Assembly (NCBI GenBank): GCA_002269645.1
Contig: NIVC01001967.1
Coordinates: 124,001 to 188,000, forward strand
Source of the DNA: Macrostomum lignano
Lineage: Eukaryota
DNA: 64,000 bases
Direction: 5' to 3'
Part shown: positions 1 to 12,679 of the stretch, one piece after another
How positions within the stretch are numbered: position 1 is the first letter of the stretch
Layout of the letters: each line of letters begins with the position of its first letter
Made by a program: the position numbers and the translations under genes
The notes under the pieces: generated by a model
What the model was told of the DNA's origin: nothing
The model's input: the letters and a program-made list of their open reading frames with translations, nothing else
The model's database searches: none

Positions 1-302
1 CATTTTTCACAAATTTTAAACGTCATTAAATTACAAAATCAAAACAATTACGAGTACCTAGGTACCTATCAAATAGTACAATTGAGGTCGTCAAGTTACA
101 AAAGGTGACAGATGCCATTGCAACTATAGTTACTCGTAACTTTTAATAAATAATACCGCTAAGAACACAGCCAAAAAATAAAATATTTATTAAAAAATAC
201 ATACATAGACGAACCTTTAAAGATCAACCAACAAAAATGCACTCGACATGCAGGGTTCTTACCGATACCTGCTTCGAAAGTTTAATTATATCAAGCACTG
301 CT

Positions 303-1625
303 CTACCTAGGATCCAGGGAGAAGACAACCGCAGCATTCTTCAGCTGTTTCAGGGTCCTCACCAGAGCAGTCGTCCAGTAACACTCGTCGTACTCAATCC
401 CGAGTCGAGCGCACACAGCCTTTATGTGTTTGCTCGCTTCCCTGAACCGGTGTCTTGGCATCAGCGGGAACAGGTGGTGCTCGATGTGGAAGTTCAGCCC
501 GCCATGAAACCAGTCCATCCACACGGGGTTCTTTATGTTGATGTTGCACTCAACCTGCATTCGGTACCAGTTGGTCTCCTCGCAGACCTCCTTGCGCTCG
601 TAGAAAGGCTTGCAGTAGTGATTTACCAATAGCTGGACATGGAGAATTCCTTCGAGCATCGACGCCAAAGAGTAAGTTACAAACACTTGAGTCCAAGTTG
701 GAAGTTGGCACAAGAGAACGCTCACCCAGATAATGTGCAAAATCAGAGCCAGCCACACAATAGGTCTTCTTTCACTCACAATTGCTGCTATAACGATGTA
801 TGGTCTTCCCACAATGATGCAGATGGGAAGGAACGTCCAATGCTGAATTGCAATCAGCGCGCGCTGCAGTCTCGTTGTAAAGAATGGGAACAGCTTTTTG
901 TTTTGCGCCCACGATTCCTCTTTCATCTGCGGGTCGAAAAACCCATTCTCATAGTCGACCGTATTGGTGAGTGCGTGGTGGACGTAGTGCTCTTCCTGCC
1001 ACCAGAAGCTGTTGATGCCCACACCGAGCGTTCCACACGCGAGGCCGATCCAGTTGTCAATCTTGCGCTCGTGGAAGCCTTGGCTGTGCATGAAGTCGTG
1101 CATGAAGAATCCGCATTGCTGCCAAAACAGAGCGAGGCTGCAGCTGGCCAGACAGTGCCAGTACCAAGAGCTGCAGCCCACAACCAGAAACAACGTGAGA
1201 GCCAACAAAGAGGCTGCAAACGCCATCTTGCCGGCATACCACACTGCACTGGTTTGAAAGAAGCCCTGCTTGATGAAGAACTGGTGCAGCTCTGCGAACG
1301 CCTCAGCGGCAGGGTCGTCTTCGCTCAGTCTGTAGGTGGCTACAGGCCGCATGTGTTTGAGCACATCCTTGGTATGCAGCCCTTTGAACACGGGAGTAGC
1401 GTCTTTGCCAACAAACTGAGCAATCACAGAGCCGCCTGGGTGGTGCGGGATGAATTTGGAAATGTCGTACCATCCACCGTTGATTCCGATGAGCTTGGCA
1501 GTCGGATGGGAACTCATGTAAGCCTTGTACGCTTCGGTCCTCGTTGGAAGAATAAACTTTTTTGATTTTCGGTCTCTACAGACGCTTTGCGGCTCTGGAT
1601 AACCTCCGGAATCTCCATTGTCCAT
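303..1625 (-). CDS. Cytochrome b5-fused front-end-type fatty acid/sphingolipid desaturase, copy 1 (440 aa, intronless)
   Basis: Cyt b5 motif GINGGWYDISKFIPHHPGG...DATPVFKGLH; His boxes HDFMH, HYVHH and HIEHH (canonical is QxxHH); FWQQCG, LHVQLLVNH and WMDWFHGGLNF...LFPLMPRH segments typical of Delta6/Delta8-sphingolipid desaturases. Confidence 0.93.
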   Translation of the reverse strand: MDNGDSGGYPEPQSVCRDRKSKKFILPTRTEAYKAYMSSHPTAKLIGINGGWYDISKFIPHHPGGSVIAQFVGKDATPVFKGLHTKDVLKHMRPVATYRLSEDDPAAEAFAELHQFFIKQGFFQTSAVWYAGKMAFAASLLALTLFLVVGCSSWYWHCLASCSLALFWQQCGFFMHDFMHSQGFHERKIDNWIGLACGTLGVGINSFWWQEEHYVHHALTNTVDYENGFFDPQMKEESWAQNKKLFPFFTTRLQRALIAIQHWTFLPICIIVGRPYIVIAAIVSERRPIVWLALILHIIWVSVLLCQLPTWTQVFVTYSLASMLEGILHVQLLVNHYCKPFYERKEVCEETNWYRMQVECNINIKNPVWMDWFHGGLNFHIEHHLFPLMPRHRFREASKHIKAVCARLGIEYDECYWTTALVRTLKQLKNAAVVFSLDPR

Positions 1626-1802
1626 TTTGGATCTTGTGTCACTTCTGCCCGTAAGCTATCTGGATATTTCTCAAGCAACGTTCGGTGAGAGTTTAGTGTA
1701 GATGCAGTCTAAAATAATTTTCGCATGAACTAATTTTAGTTCTGGCAAAAAGGAAATAATTTCTTAGCCGTGAATTTATAGAAATAATAGGTGCATATGT
1801 CA

Positions 1803-2056
1803 CGGCCATAGACTTCGTGGGTTTATTAGCTCGACATTTGCGAGTAACCCATGCAAGGACAGCTTAATAAATCAGGACTGAAAAAGAGACAAAAATAAGA
1901 ACTACGCACCATGCGATCATAATATTGCTTTTGTCAAGTTAAGTTAAGTTTGTCAAGCCAAGTTAAGTATTCCCATTTGGTAGCAGTAGATTTGATCTTA
2001 CACGTAAACAGATCCAGACGGAAAAAGGCTAACAATGCGATAATTCGGCCATAGAC
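1803..2056. mobile_element. Short segment bounded by 11-bp direct repeats CGGCCATAGAC; possible non-autonomous Crypton-like insert
   Basis: CGGCCATAGAC at 1803-1813 and 2046-2056; the same CCATAGAC/GTCTATGG word flanks the Crypton-like remnants at 26.8-28.3 kb. Confidence 0.3.
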
Positions 2057-3016
2057 ATCAGCACGAAGAAGGATGTCAGCAGCAACCTCTCATCATCGAC
2101 TCTGTCAATGGTCAAAACTTCTATTTATTTTTTAGCTCATTGGAATCACTTCTTAACACATCGATTTCGATGCAATTAAGATTATAAGCTTGCTTGCTTG
2201 CTAAGACGTTGACTCGTAATCTGGACGTTGCTCCACCTTGAAAACTCGCGTCTCCACCCATTATATCCTGAAGAGGGACCTTCGACCATTGCTCCCCAAT
2301 TTTTTATGAAGGGCCATGACCCCAATTTTACAACGAAAATCCAATTGTTTACTGTTATTACGTATCATAAGCAAACTTCAATATTCGGCTATATTTCTGC
2401 TGGTCCTGTCACTTTTTGAAACGTTCCTAAGCTTATGACTACTCTGGCGACTCACAACACGAGAAGCATTTAATTATTCGTATGTCCTATATTGTTTCAC
2501 ATGAAAACTGTTTAGTATGACTAAAATATTTTATTTTCTTCGTGTTATCTTATGTTTCATTAGGTCCGTCTCGAAGTCGGAGCGGTTTGCAAACTCAAAC
2601 AACACCTACACCTGCGACTGTAGCTTCATTTGCTGTCCTATTCGACATTTTCAAATGCGGTTCTCTTTTTCAAGTCAAAAGTTAGCAAAATTTAGACTGA
2701 GTTGAGACGAGCTCTCGGACTTGTAATGGAGAGAAGCCAACTGGTGGGCATCGGTTGCAGCTACCGTGTTGCAGTGCGGCTCGAGATGCGGAACTCTGCA
2801 TCATCGGACAGGCCATTGCATAGCTGTATTCGAGTCCAAGCGTCTCCAGACATGCACAATGAGTTCCAATGCTGCTGTAATACAAAGGCATTAGAATTTT
2901 AGGAGAGAAAACAGGTGCTGTACCGCGGGGAAAATATTTCATTATGTTTAAGGCGTAGCAAGAGGACAAAGGAGGCTGCGTCTCCGCCTTCAATCGGTTG
3001 GTTGGTAAAAGTATAC

Positions 3017-3328
3017 GGCGCTCCCTTGCAGTAGCCTCAGCGCCCCTTGCAGTAGCCTCAGCGCCCCTTGCAGTAGCCTCAGCGCCCTTGCAGTAGCTTC
3101 AGTTCCCCTTGCAGTATCTTCAGCGCCCCTTGCAGTATCTTCAGCACCCCTTGCAGTATCTTCAGCGCCCCTTGCAGTATCTTCAGCGCCCCTTGCAGTA
3201 TCTTCAGCACCCCTTGCAGTATCTTCAGCACCCCTTGCAGTATCTTCAGCACCCCTTGCAGTATCTTCAGCGCCTCTTGCAGTATCTTCAGCGCCTCTTG
3301 CAGTATCTTCAGCGCCTCTTGCAGTATC
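3017..3328. repeat. 21-bp minisatellite (CAGCGCCCCTTGCAGTATCTT)n, ~15 copies
   Basis: Direct reading; explains spurious ORF 3109-3336 (LQYLQRP repeats). Confidence 0.95.
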
Positions 3329-4314
3329 TATCTTAGAGCTCCTGATGACGCCTTTTACCCTGACAACCTGGCTCTGGTATCACTCAACCATTCAAACTTG
3401 GCACTCCTTAAATAAAATGTCGCCCATGGCGCTACGAGCGTAAATTCAAAACGGCTCCATCAAACTAAACAAATCCACTTTCAATTAATTACGAGAAATA
3501 AAAAACTTTTATTAATGGATTAAGAGATTGTTTTTTTCAGCTCTATTTGCAGGGTCCATGGACTGTAAAGACCAACTACAGTCCTTATTACAAAATACTT
3601 TAAATTAAATGTAGATAAAAAGCTGCATAAAATTGTACTTCCAGCTAAGCAAAGTAGGCGAGTCCAGTCCTTATCTTAAAAAACTGAGTTCGCAAGCTGA
3701 AAAAGTATTTGAAAACGGTTCGCGCAGGCACTATATAAGAATACACTGGTATTCTTTGGTCTCCAAGGAAAACTCGACCCCTGCACCCCCAGAAGATATG
3801 ATCTTACGACCCTGCACCCAGACATGACCCAGATGATCGAGTGGCTCAGCTAGCTTTTGAGCGCGTCATTGCGCTAACATGCTTTGAGAAAAAACTTGTG
3901 TGTAAAGTTGTCCAAGACTAACCTTCCAGCCCATTCACCTATATTTTAACTAGACTGTACACTGCTAGACAGAAATACAGTGTGCACGAAAATTTAAAGT
4001 TTATTCTTCTGCAGCGCAGCAGTTCGAAAATTTGAGATCACAATTTTTAATAACTTTGCATTGCTTAGACCAGAGCATTTAGGCATGTTATCCATGTATT
4101 AAAGTATTTCTGCTTTCTGTAGGAAGAAATTGCTCCTAAGCTGCCATCAAAATTTCAAATTTCAAACTACATGTACTTCTGTTCCGCTCATCACGTTTAT
4201 GATGAGCTGGGTTGATCAATAAATCTTGGAAGAGCGCTAGAAACATTGTTACACTAGATTAAATAGCAGGTAAGGTGTGGCTGAGTTCCAAAAGTTAGCG
4301 AAACTCTATCAGAC

Positions 4315-4409
4315 CAGTGCGTAGCGATGCTCCATCAGGGATCAGTGGGTAGCGATGCTCCACCAGGGATCAGTGGGTAGCGATGCTCCACCAGGAATCA
4401 GTGGGTAGC
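4315..4409. repeat. 28-bp minisatellite (ATCAGTGGGTAGCGATGCTCCACCAGGG), ~3.5 copies
   Basis: Direct reading. Confidence 0.9.
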
Positions 4410-5424
4410 ACAAACCTGTTCTATTAGATATTTAGACTCTTAAATAAGGCATTTCCTCTAGAGTACAGTACTCAGTACTCATGCGGATACAGAAATGATC
4501 CTTCCGGTTATCGGCAAATTATATTTTGAATCACGAAAGAGGCATCGCGAACAGGATTCGTGAAAATCAAAGACTAAGCCTATCTCATTAAAAAAGCATA
4601 AATATTCAGTCCTCAATAAGATATTTTTAGATAAAAGAGCGAAACAAATGCTCGATTTTACTAAAAAATTATGGTTAAAAGTTTAAATAAATATTTATAA
4701 ATAACAATTGATTACAAAATGAATAGCTAAGAAAGAGAGAACTGACGCAATTGAATTTTTTAAGCTTGCTGATAATTTGTTGCACCATAGCATTTAAATT
4801 TCCTTTGTTTTTTTTCAAATCAGTCATTTTCTTTGTGCACCCAGAAAATTGCGAGTAAAAAGCGTATTTTGCTAGAATTGAATATATACGAGCGTACTTA
4901 AAATGTATATAGGAGTACTTTGAGGTGAACTCAACTGGAGATTACCAAATTTACATATCAACGGTTAGTCATGAATGAATAGTCGTCAATATGGGGGTAA
5001 AATAGCCACTAAAAAGAAAATTCACTTTGCTACTCATAGCTATTGGATTTATTGGGGCAGAGAAGCACAATGGCAACTTGTTGCAAATTGCTAGCGTGAA
5101 GTCTATCAGAAATCAAGCTGTCGCTTTTGTACCTCAGCTGCCTATCAAGTGTTACCTAGCTCTGATTGGTAGAGGTAGAAGAGCCAAGAGTTTGATTTTG
5201 AAACATTCATGGATAATGCCATTAAAACTACTGCTGTCATGCTGTTGGACTGTTAGTTTATGTAAACCTCAAGCTAAAAGCAGCCACTTACCCACAGTTA
5301 AAAAATAAAAAAATACCCTTGCACGCGGTAGATACCCTTACATTTGCAGCAGTATTTGAATGATAAAATGGGAGGTTAATATTTTAGGAAATTCTTAAGT
5401 ATACAATCACTCATGCCTTCGTTC

Positions 5425-6866
5425 TCATCTCGGATCCAGGGAGAAGACAACCGCAGCATTCTTCAGCTGTTGCAGGGTCCTCACCAGAGCAGTCGTCCAG
5501 TAACACTCGTCGTACTCAATCCCGAGTCGAGCGCACACAGCCTTTATGTGTTTGCTCGCTTCCCTGAACCGGTGTCTTGGCATCAGCGGGAACAGGTGGT
5601 GCTCGATGTGGAAGTTCAGCCCGCCATGAAACCAGTCCATCCACACGGGGTTCTTTATGTTGATGTTGCATCAACCTGCATTCGGTACCAGTTGGTCTCC
5701 TCGCAGACCTCCTTACGCTCGTAGAAAGGCTTGCAGTAGTGATTTACCAATAGCTGGACATGGAGAATTCCTTCGAGCATCGACGCCAAAGAGTAAGTTA
5801 CAAACACTTGAGTCCAAGTTGGAAGTTGGCACAAGAGAACGCTCACCCAGATAATGTGCAAAATCAGAGCCAGCCACACAATAGGTCTTCTTTCACTCAC
5901 AATTGCTGCTATAACGATGTATGGTCTTCCCACAATGATGCAGATGGGAAGGAACGTCCAATGCTGAATTGCAATCAGCGCGCGCTGCAGTCTCGTTGTA
6001 AAGAATGGGAACAGCTTTTTGTTTTGCGCCCACGATTCCTCTTTCATCTGCGGGTCGAAAAACCCATTCTCATAGTCGACCGTATTGGTGAGTGCGTGGT
6101 GGACGTAGTGCTCTTCCTGCCACCAGAAGCTGTTGATGCCCACACCGAGCGTTCCACACGCGAGGCCGATCCAGTTGTCAATCTTGCGCTCGTGGAAGCC
6201 TTGGCTGTGCATGAAGTCGTGCATGAAGAATCCGCATTGCTGCCAAAACAGAGCGAGGCTGCAGCTGGCCAGACAGTGCCAGTACCAAGAGCTGCAGCCC
6301 ACAACCAGAAACAACGTGAGAGCCAACAAAGAGGCTGCAAACGCCATCTTGCCGGCATACCACACTGCACTGGTTTGAAAGAAGCCCTGCTTGATGAAGA
6401 ACTGGTGCAGCTCTGCGAACGCCTCAGCGGCAGGGTCGTCTTCGCTCAGTCTGTAGGTGGCTACAGGCCGCATGTGTTTGAGCACATCCTTGGTATGCAG
6501 CCCTTTGAACACGGGAGTAGCGTCTTTGCCAACAAACTGAGCAATCACAGAGCCGCCTGGGTGGTGCGGGATGAATTTGGAAATGTCGTACCATCCACCG
6601 TTGATTCCGATGAGCTTGGCAGTCGGATGGGAACTCATGTAAGCCTTGTACGCTTCGGTCCTCGTTAGTGCATCTGCTGGGATCTTCAGTGCAGGGTTGC
6701 TTCGACGAATGCAGCTGAACCCATTTCGCGAGGAGTTTTCTTCCGCTTCCGAATCTTGTGCTGAAAGTTCATACTTATTGGTTTCACGGATTTTAAAAGT
6801 AGCGGCATTCGCTGAAATGCTAGTGTTGCATTCTGATTGATGCTTTCCTAGGCGATGACTCACCAT
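5425..6866 (-). pseudogene. Desaturase copy 2 with 1-bp deletion frameshift (pseudogene or assembly error)
   Basis: Near-identical to copy 1 over 5432-6666. It reads gttgca-tcaacc at 5670/5671 versus gttgcactcaacc in copies 1 and 3, splitting the ORF into 5655-6866 and 5425-5646 before the third His box. Confidence 0.88.
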
Positions 6867-7352
6867 GCTTGTTTGATAGATAGGGTGTTTTAATTTGTCT
6901 TGTTAACTTCATGCAAGTGGTAAGCTCGTCATGTATTTTTTCTTTAACAGTTCAAATTCGAAAGTAAAGTCAGAGTTAAGGAATATATAGAGGTTTTAGA
7001 AAACGTACATGAGTGGTCTAGATACGGAACGGTCAGATTGAACACCCCATAATATGAACCTTCGTACTTGCACACTTGTACGTAGCATGTTGCACGTACG
7101 CTTCATATTTGCTCGGACCATACAGCAATGGTCTGATGGCCTGTTCTAAAAATAGATTTACCAGACAGCCCAACCAAAATCTACTTGGAGGGTTTAGGAT
7201 TCCACTAGGGCATTAGTCATGCTGCGAGCGCGTGGAGAAAAGCGGGCGAACGTACCCCACTTTGCCTTGTACGCACTCTGAAATATGGGCACAGAAATTT
7301 TCCGTTGAAGGAACTGGCTCCAAAGAGAGCCCAGACTTCTAATCTATACATA

Positions 7353-8340
7353 CGAGGGGTATTCATACGAGGAGTTTTCCGGATGTGAAAGACTGAAATA
7401 AGTTAGAGAGCAACTGACAGTCAAATTTTTTCAAGGTACTCTCCAGAAGAATCTATGCACGGTTGCATCCCTTCAAACCACCCATTGAAGCAGCTGGACC
7501 ACTACGAACTTGGCACCCCCTTGACATGCTTGATGAAGGCCTCGACTGCAGCTTCCGGCGATGAATAGCGATTGCCACACATCTTTTGCTTGAATTGCGA
7601 AAACACGAAGAAGTCGAACGGGGCCAGATCTGGGCTGTAGGGTGGATGGCCGAGCTCTTGAATGCGTTTTCCGGTCAGGAACTCGACCACTTGCCTGGAC
7701 TTGTGGGCGGGGGCGTTGTCGTGATGAAGAAGCACACCCGAGCTACGAGTAAGTCCTTGGGCGGCAGCTGGAGAGAGCACTCAGCACTTCTGGCAAGCAG
7801 TAGTTGGTATAACGGTCGCCAGTGGCTGTGCGCTGCTGCACAAGTGGCACTATCGCTAGATGACCAGCTTTCATCACAAAAATGGCCAGCATCTGCTTTG
7901 CCACGCTGCGCTCTCGCTGCAGCTTCAATGATGGGGCTTCCAGCTGGTGTCCACCGGGCCGACTGTTGCTTGGACTCTGGTCAAAACTACAGATCCAGGA
8001 TTACGTCACCACTGACGAGTTCCCAGACCGAGTCTGAGCGGCCATCATCGAATCTGTCGAGCATGGCATCGCACGAAGCCACCCCGAGCCTTCTTTGTTT
8101 CTCCATCAGGGTGATGAGGCACCCAGCGTGCAGAAATCTTGCTCAGGTTGAGCTCTGAGTGCAGGAATCGTGCGGATGGGTCCCGATGAGATGCATACTT
8201 ATGCCGAATCTATCTGAGACACAGTTACCCTGGCATCATCCTCAATCATGGCCGGAATGGCAGCAAAATTCTCATCGCTTGCTTGCTAGGGAGACGGCCG
8301 CTGCACTCGTCATCATCCAGACTCCGTAGGCCATGTCGAA
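7353..8340 (-). mobile_element. Degenerate mariner (DD34D) transposon, one end truncated
   Basis: Minus-strand fragments with WVPHH, LHHDNAPAH and GHPPYSPDLAPFDFF motifs plus a degenerate first catalytic-Asp region; terminal TA+CGAGGGGTATTCA at 7351 resembles the TIR of the 29-kb mariner; no matching second TIR seen. Confidence 0.9.
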
Positions 8341-9399
8341 ATTCGACAAACCACTCAAAAACTGTAGTGCTGGAGGGTGATTCACTTCAAAAAGCCACTT
8401 AGCCACAAGTTAATATATTTAACTAGACGAGCGATACGGTGTAGAATGTAGGTTCTACATTCACACTAGAACCTAAGGCCGGTGCGCATGAATAAAGCAT
8501 TTTATATTTAGATATTTAGATGGATTGGGCTAGAGCTCTCATTGATCCTGCAGTTAAACCAAAACAACTGATACAAAATGCAGTACACAACATCACCCTC
8601 CGAAAGATTTCTGTTTGAAACGATCTAAACGAAGGAACATTGGTTACGAACTTGCATCCCTAGTGAAGGAATGATAATTCAATGTTTTGAACGAAAGAAA
8701 AGAAAAGAAAAGAACAAAGGAACAAAATCATATTTGGTATCAGAATATCTGATACCTAGAATACTACTGAAAGTCCTACAATCTGAGCTATTAGATAACC
8801 ACAGAATGATCTCATATACAATACGCATAGTATACTAGTGTGTAGCTGAGTAAGCTGAGTATTTGGATGCTTAAAATACGAGTAGTAGTTTAAGTGACAT
8901 AAAATTAAATAAAGTGACAGTCAATGGCAAATCGGTGTACTTAGGGTTAGGCCGCCTCCTGATAGTACTCAGGAGTCTTGACAAGCTCGGCCACGATACG
9001 GCCTAGGCCCCATCTCGCTGCCCCAAGGCCGGCTCAAGGACGACTAAAGTAACGTATATATAGGACGCAAGACTCAACTTTCGTGGAAAATTCGTTGGAG
9101 GCCGATTTTCGTAATGGTTTGCATAGTTTGCAGTTTCGTCTCTTTTAACGTTTTTCTTGTTTGTTTTGACACAATAAAATCAGCAATTTTAGATGAATTT
9201 TTTTTTTGATAGGACTATACCGTTGACGAGTATTTTGAGCTGTTAAAGATCGACTTATTCAACTTATTGATGTCTTAACTGAAAGAGCATGTTACTGCCT
9301 ATTCTGCGACAAAATAAGCATCTTACAATCAATAGCGTGCACAGGAGATACATTGAAAAATCGGCCTCCAATGAAATTTTCACCAATTCTGAGTCTTGC

Positions 9400-10920
9400 G
9401 TCCTTCTACTTAAGTAGTCCTTGGGCCGGCTTCACAGAAGCCGCGGCTGCACGGAGGCCGACCGATAAACTCCCTCCTCCTCCTCTTCGCTGCTTTGTTG
9501 GAATCCACCGACTGTCACACCAATCTTTCGAGACCTGATGAAGCGGTGGCTCCGTCTGAGTAACTGTCAAGTCTCTATTTGAACCCAGTACGACCCTGAA
9601 GAGTTCTCACACTCGCTATCAATCTCAGCTACCACCCATTCGCGACGACCGCGTTGTAACCACACCAGATCACCAGCTGCTAGTTTTTGCAAGGGTTGGA
9701 GCTCCACAATTGTATAGCTGCGGTTATCTGTTTTACAAAAGCCTCTATGCTGGTGTGAAGACGAGTTTCCATTGTTTACAGGTCCTTGAAATTCGCTGGC
9801 AGGTCACAACGAAGCTTACGGCCGAAAGCCATCTCCGCCGGGCTTGGAAAGCCGCTGCCAACCGGAGTGTTGCAGTAGTGAAGCAGTGCCAACTATAAAC
9901 TTTGGCCTATCTTGGGACATTTTTTCAGCATGTTTTTGACTGTCTATGCGTAGCGCTTGGCTCTACCGTTCGACTGCGGGTACGTGCGTTCCACCTTCAA
10001 CTGAGACATTGTTTGTCGAAACTCGAGAGCAGAAAACTATTTGACCTCCATCACTGACTAGCTTCTCTGGCACTCCAATTTTTTAAAATGATCCCGTATC
10101 ACATGCGCCACAGCCAAGCTAGGGCTGGTCTCATCCGCGTGACACTCATCCAGCGACTGTAGGAGTCAACGTACACAAAGTAGGATCCACCAGGGAGCTC
10201 AAATGGGTCCGTTGAAAAATTTGGCATCAACGTTACTTTTGACTGAGTCATCATATCCTGCTGGCATGAATTCGCATTCACTAACCACCTGCTTCACGCT
10301 GTTCCACATTCCTGGCCAGTAGAAAATAGTTCTTGGCCTTGAGGTCCATTTTCAAAATGCTAGGGTGCCTCAAACGAAGGATTTTAATTGCTCCGACTTT
10401 CGAGCCGACATACCATAGATACGGTCCTAAATACCGCATCGAAGACCAGAGGCAAACATCAGGTTATTTCGGATATCCCAAAGAAGGCTTCAACTTCGTC
10501 GTCTGCCAACTTCGACCGATGCTCTGGCCAAGCCTCCATGATTACAGTTTGCAACCTCTCGCTAAGTTGCATTTTCTGTCGCAGCCTTTATAACCTGCAA
10601 GATTTCTCGATCACCACTAAAGCAGCATTCCACTGAAAAATCTTGGCCGTGAAGCGCAGCCTCAAGCTGAATAGTGAGAAGATCAGCTGCACCGTGAGCT
10701 CGACTTAAAGTGTCGGCTACGTAAAGGTCTTAGTCGGGCGTGTACTTCACGTGGATGTCATACGAGCGTAAGGTTGCAACTGGAAGCAAGGAGTCGCTGA
10801 ATTCGAGGAGTAGTGTCACGCAAAGCCTTCTTACAGATCGATTCGTGGCTTGTGGTCGCTTTGCACTTGCGCCGTACGACCCCAGATATAACGATGGAGC
10901 CTTTTGGCAATCATTGGCCA
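9400..10920 (-). mobile_element. Degenerate Ty3/Gypsy LTR-retrotransposon pol fragment (RNase H end and integrase)
   Basis: Minus-strand frameshifted peptides: YDIHVKYTP..LYVADTLSRAH, FWDIRNNL, FYWPGMWNSVKQVVSEC, YVDSYSRW, LALLHYCNTPVGSGFPSPAEMAFGRKLR, SYWVQ..LLRRSHRF. No LTR pair identified. Confidence 0.85.
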
Positions 10921-12679
10921 AAGGAGCTCAACTTTAGGAATCTAATTTAAGAGTCAACTTCAAAAAGATACTTAACGCAGCTTCTTTTTGAATTTGACAA
11001 TAGAAACGTGATAGAATTAGCAATGTCTCCATTCGTTCAGATTTAAAACAATAATACTTTACTGTGTGACGATATGATAAATTGTTACTATCCCGAAGAA
11101 TATCTGATTCTTCCATCATTCGTCCTATATCGTTTCAAGTTCCAAAAAGTGGTCGTATATTTTAGGTAGCTAATTACGAATTATTTATTAGCTCAACAAC
11201 TAGAGCATGAAAATAGAGCTCTATAGATTCTATACGAATCAGATATACTGCAGTGATATGTTATTATTGAACACCTTTCCGATGCTCTGTTTATTGGTAT
11301 ACATATAGCCAGGGCTGTGTGTCTGCGGGCCCCCTCTGTAATCACCTGGGGTGGAGCGTGGGCCTTGGCAGCAAAAACTATAGGATATGGCAAAGTTGTA
11401 GCCATACGGCAAAGAGAATATTTTAGATCTAACTAAATAGCGTACTCCTACATTTCAACACCGCATTTCGATAACGCGAGCCCGCCATTTACGATAGGTT
11501 TGGCGATGAACGACGAACTGCATGCAGCTTGGTTTATTTTACCTCACGTGCGGACATGTAATTTGTTTGTTGGTACATATTTACAATAAACTCATTATGT
11601 TTTATCTGGAGCTATATCTGGTAACTTGTTTCTATGAATAAAATCAATGCCAGAGTGAATTCAACTCGAATACAGAGCGGACAATGTTATTTACCAAATA
11701 GAGATTGGCGGCTGAAAAAATTCAAGAAGTCAAATAAAATTTTAAGTCGGCATAAAGTACTAGATCAGAAATGACAGTATAAAAATTAAAAAAAGACAAA
11801 AAAGCATGATACATGTAGATCAGTCTAAAAGGTTTAAATAGAGTCCGAGCACAGGCAGAATGAAGCATTTAACAAGATTTCTAAATCTAGTTTTCTGAAA
11901 GATATTTTCGTCAAATTTTATAGATCAAATCAAAAGACAGCAACGTCAAAGCAGTACAAAGCAATATTCGTCCGCTCACAATGGAAAGTATGTCATACGC
12001 TCGTAGATAGCAGCTCAATTAATTACAGAAAAAGCTAAGGAAAAAGTAAGCAGTTAAGCAGTTAAAATGGAGCAATAAAAATCATCCTTTGATCACTTGT
12101 TTCCACGTTTCAGTTAAAAAAGGTTGAGGTAACCTACAAATCGTATATCACTTGAAAAGGCACAGGACTTGGCCAAGGCCCCTACTGGACAACAATGGAA
12201 TGCTTAGTTAAACCAGATAATTGTCAGTTTGAGTAAAATTTCGGTGAAACTTGATTCAGCACAATAAAAGCAGTAGAATTTGCATCTTCCCTATCAACGC
12301 ACGCTAGAAACTGTACGTCAGAATTAGATCCTTGGCCGCTGCATTTCAAATAGTCTAAACTAAGACCTAGAGTCGAAAGCTGAAAAGTAACGCTATCGTT
12401 ACAATAGTCTGTACATTATATGCCGTTTCTCGCATGCTCCAGAGGCAGAGAAGCACATTCGACAAAACTCTAAGCTTCTGGCTACACCTGATTTATTAAG
12501 AATGAGTCCCAAATCCATAAAACTCCCCCATAAAATTTCTACAACCAATCCTGATTGGTACGTAACATCGGCTACTTTTCAGCAGTACAAAAAAACAAAA
12601 TTATTCGAAGCGATTCTACGCTCGTACACTACGAAAACTACGCCAGTTGGTCCGTACGCGATAAGAACTCGTTTCGTTC

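Noticed and set aside
2682-2993. 103-aa minus-strand ORF between desaturase copies 1 and 2
   Set aside because: No motif recognised; likely chance or an unidentifiable TE fragment.
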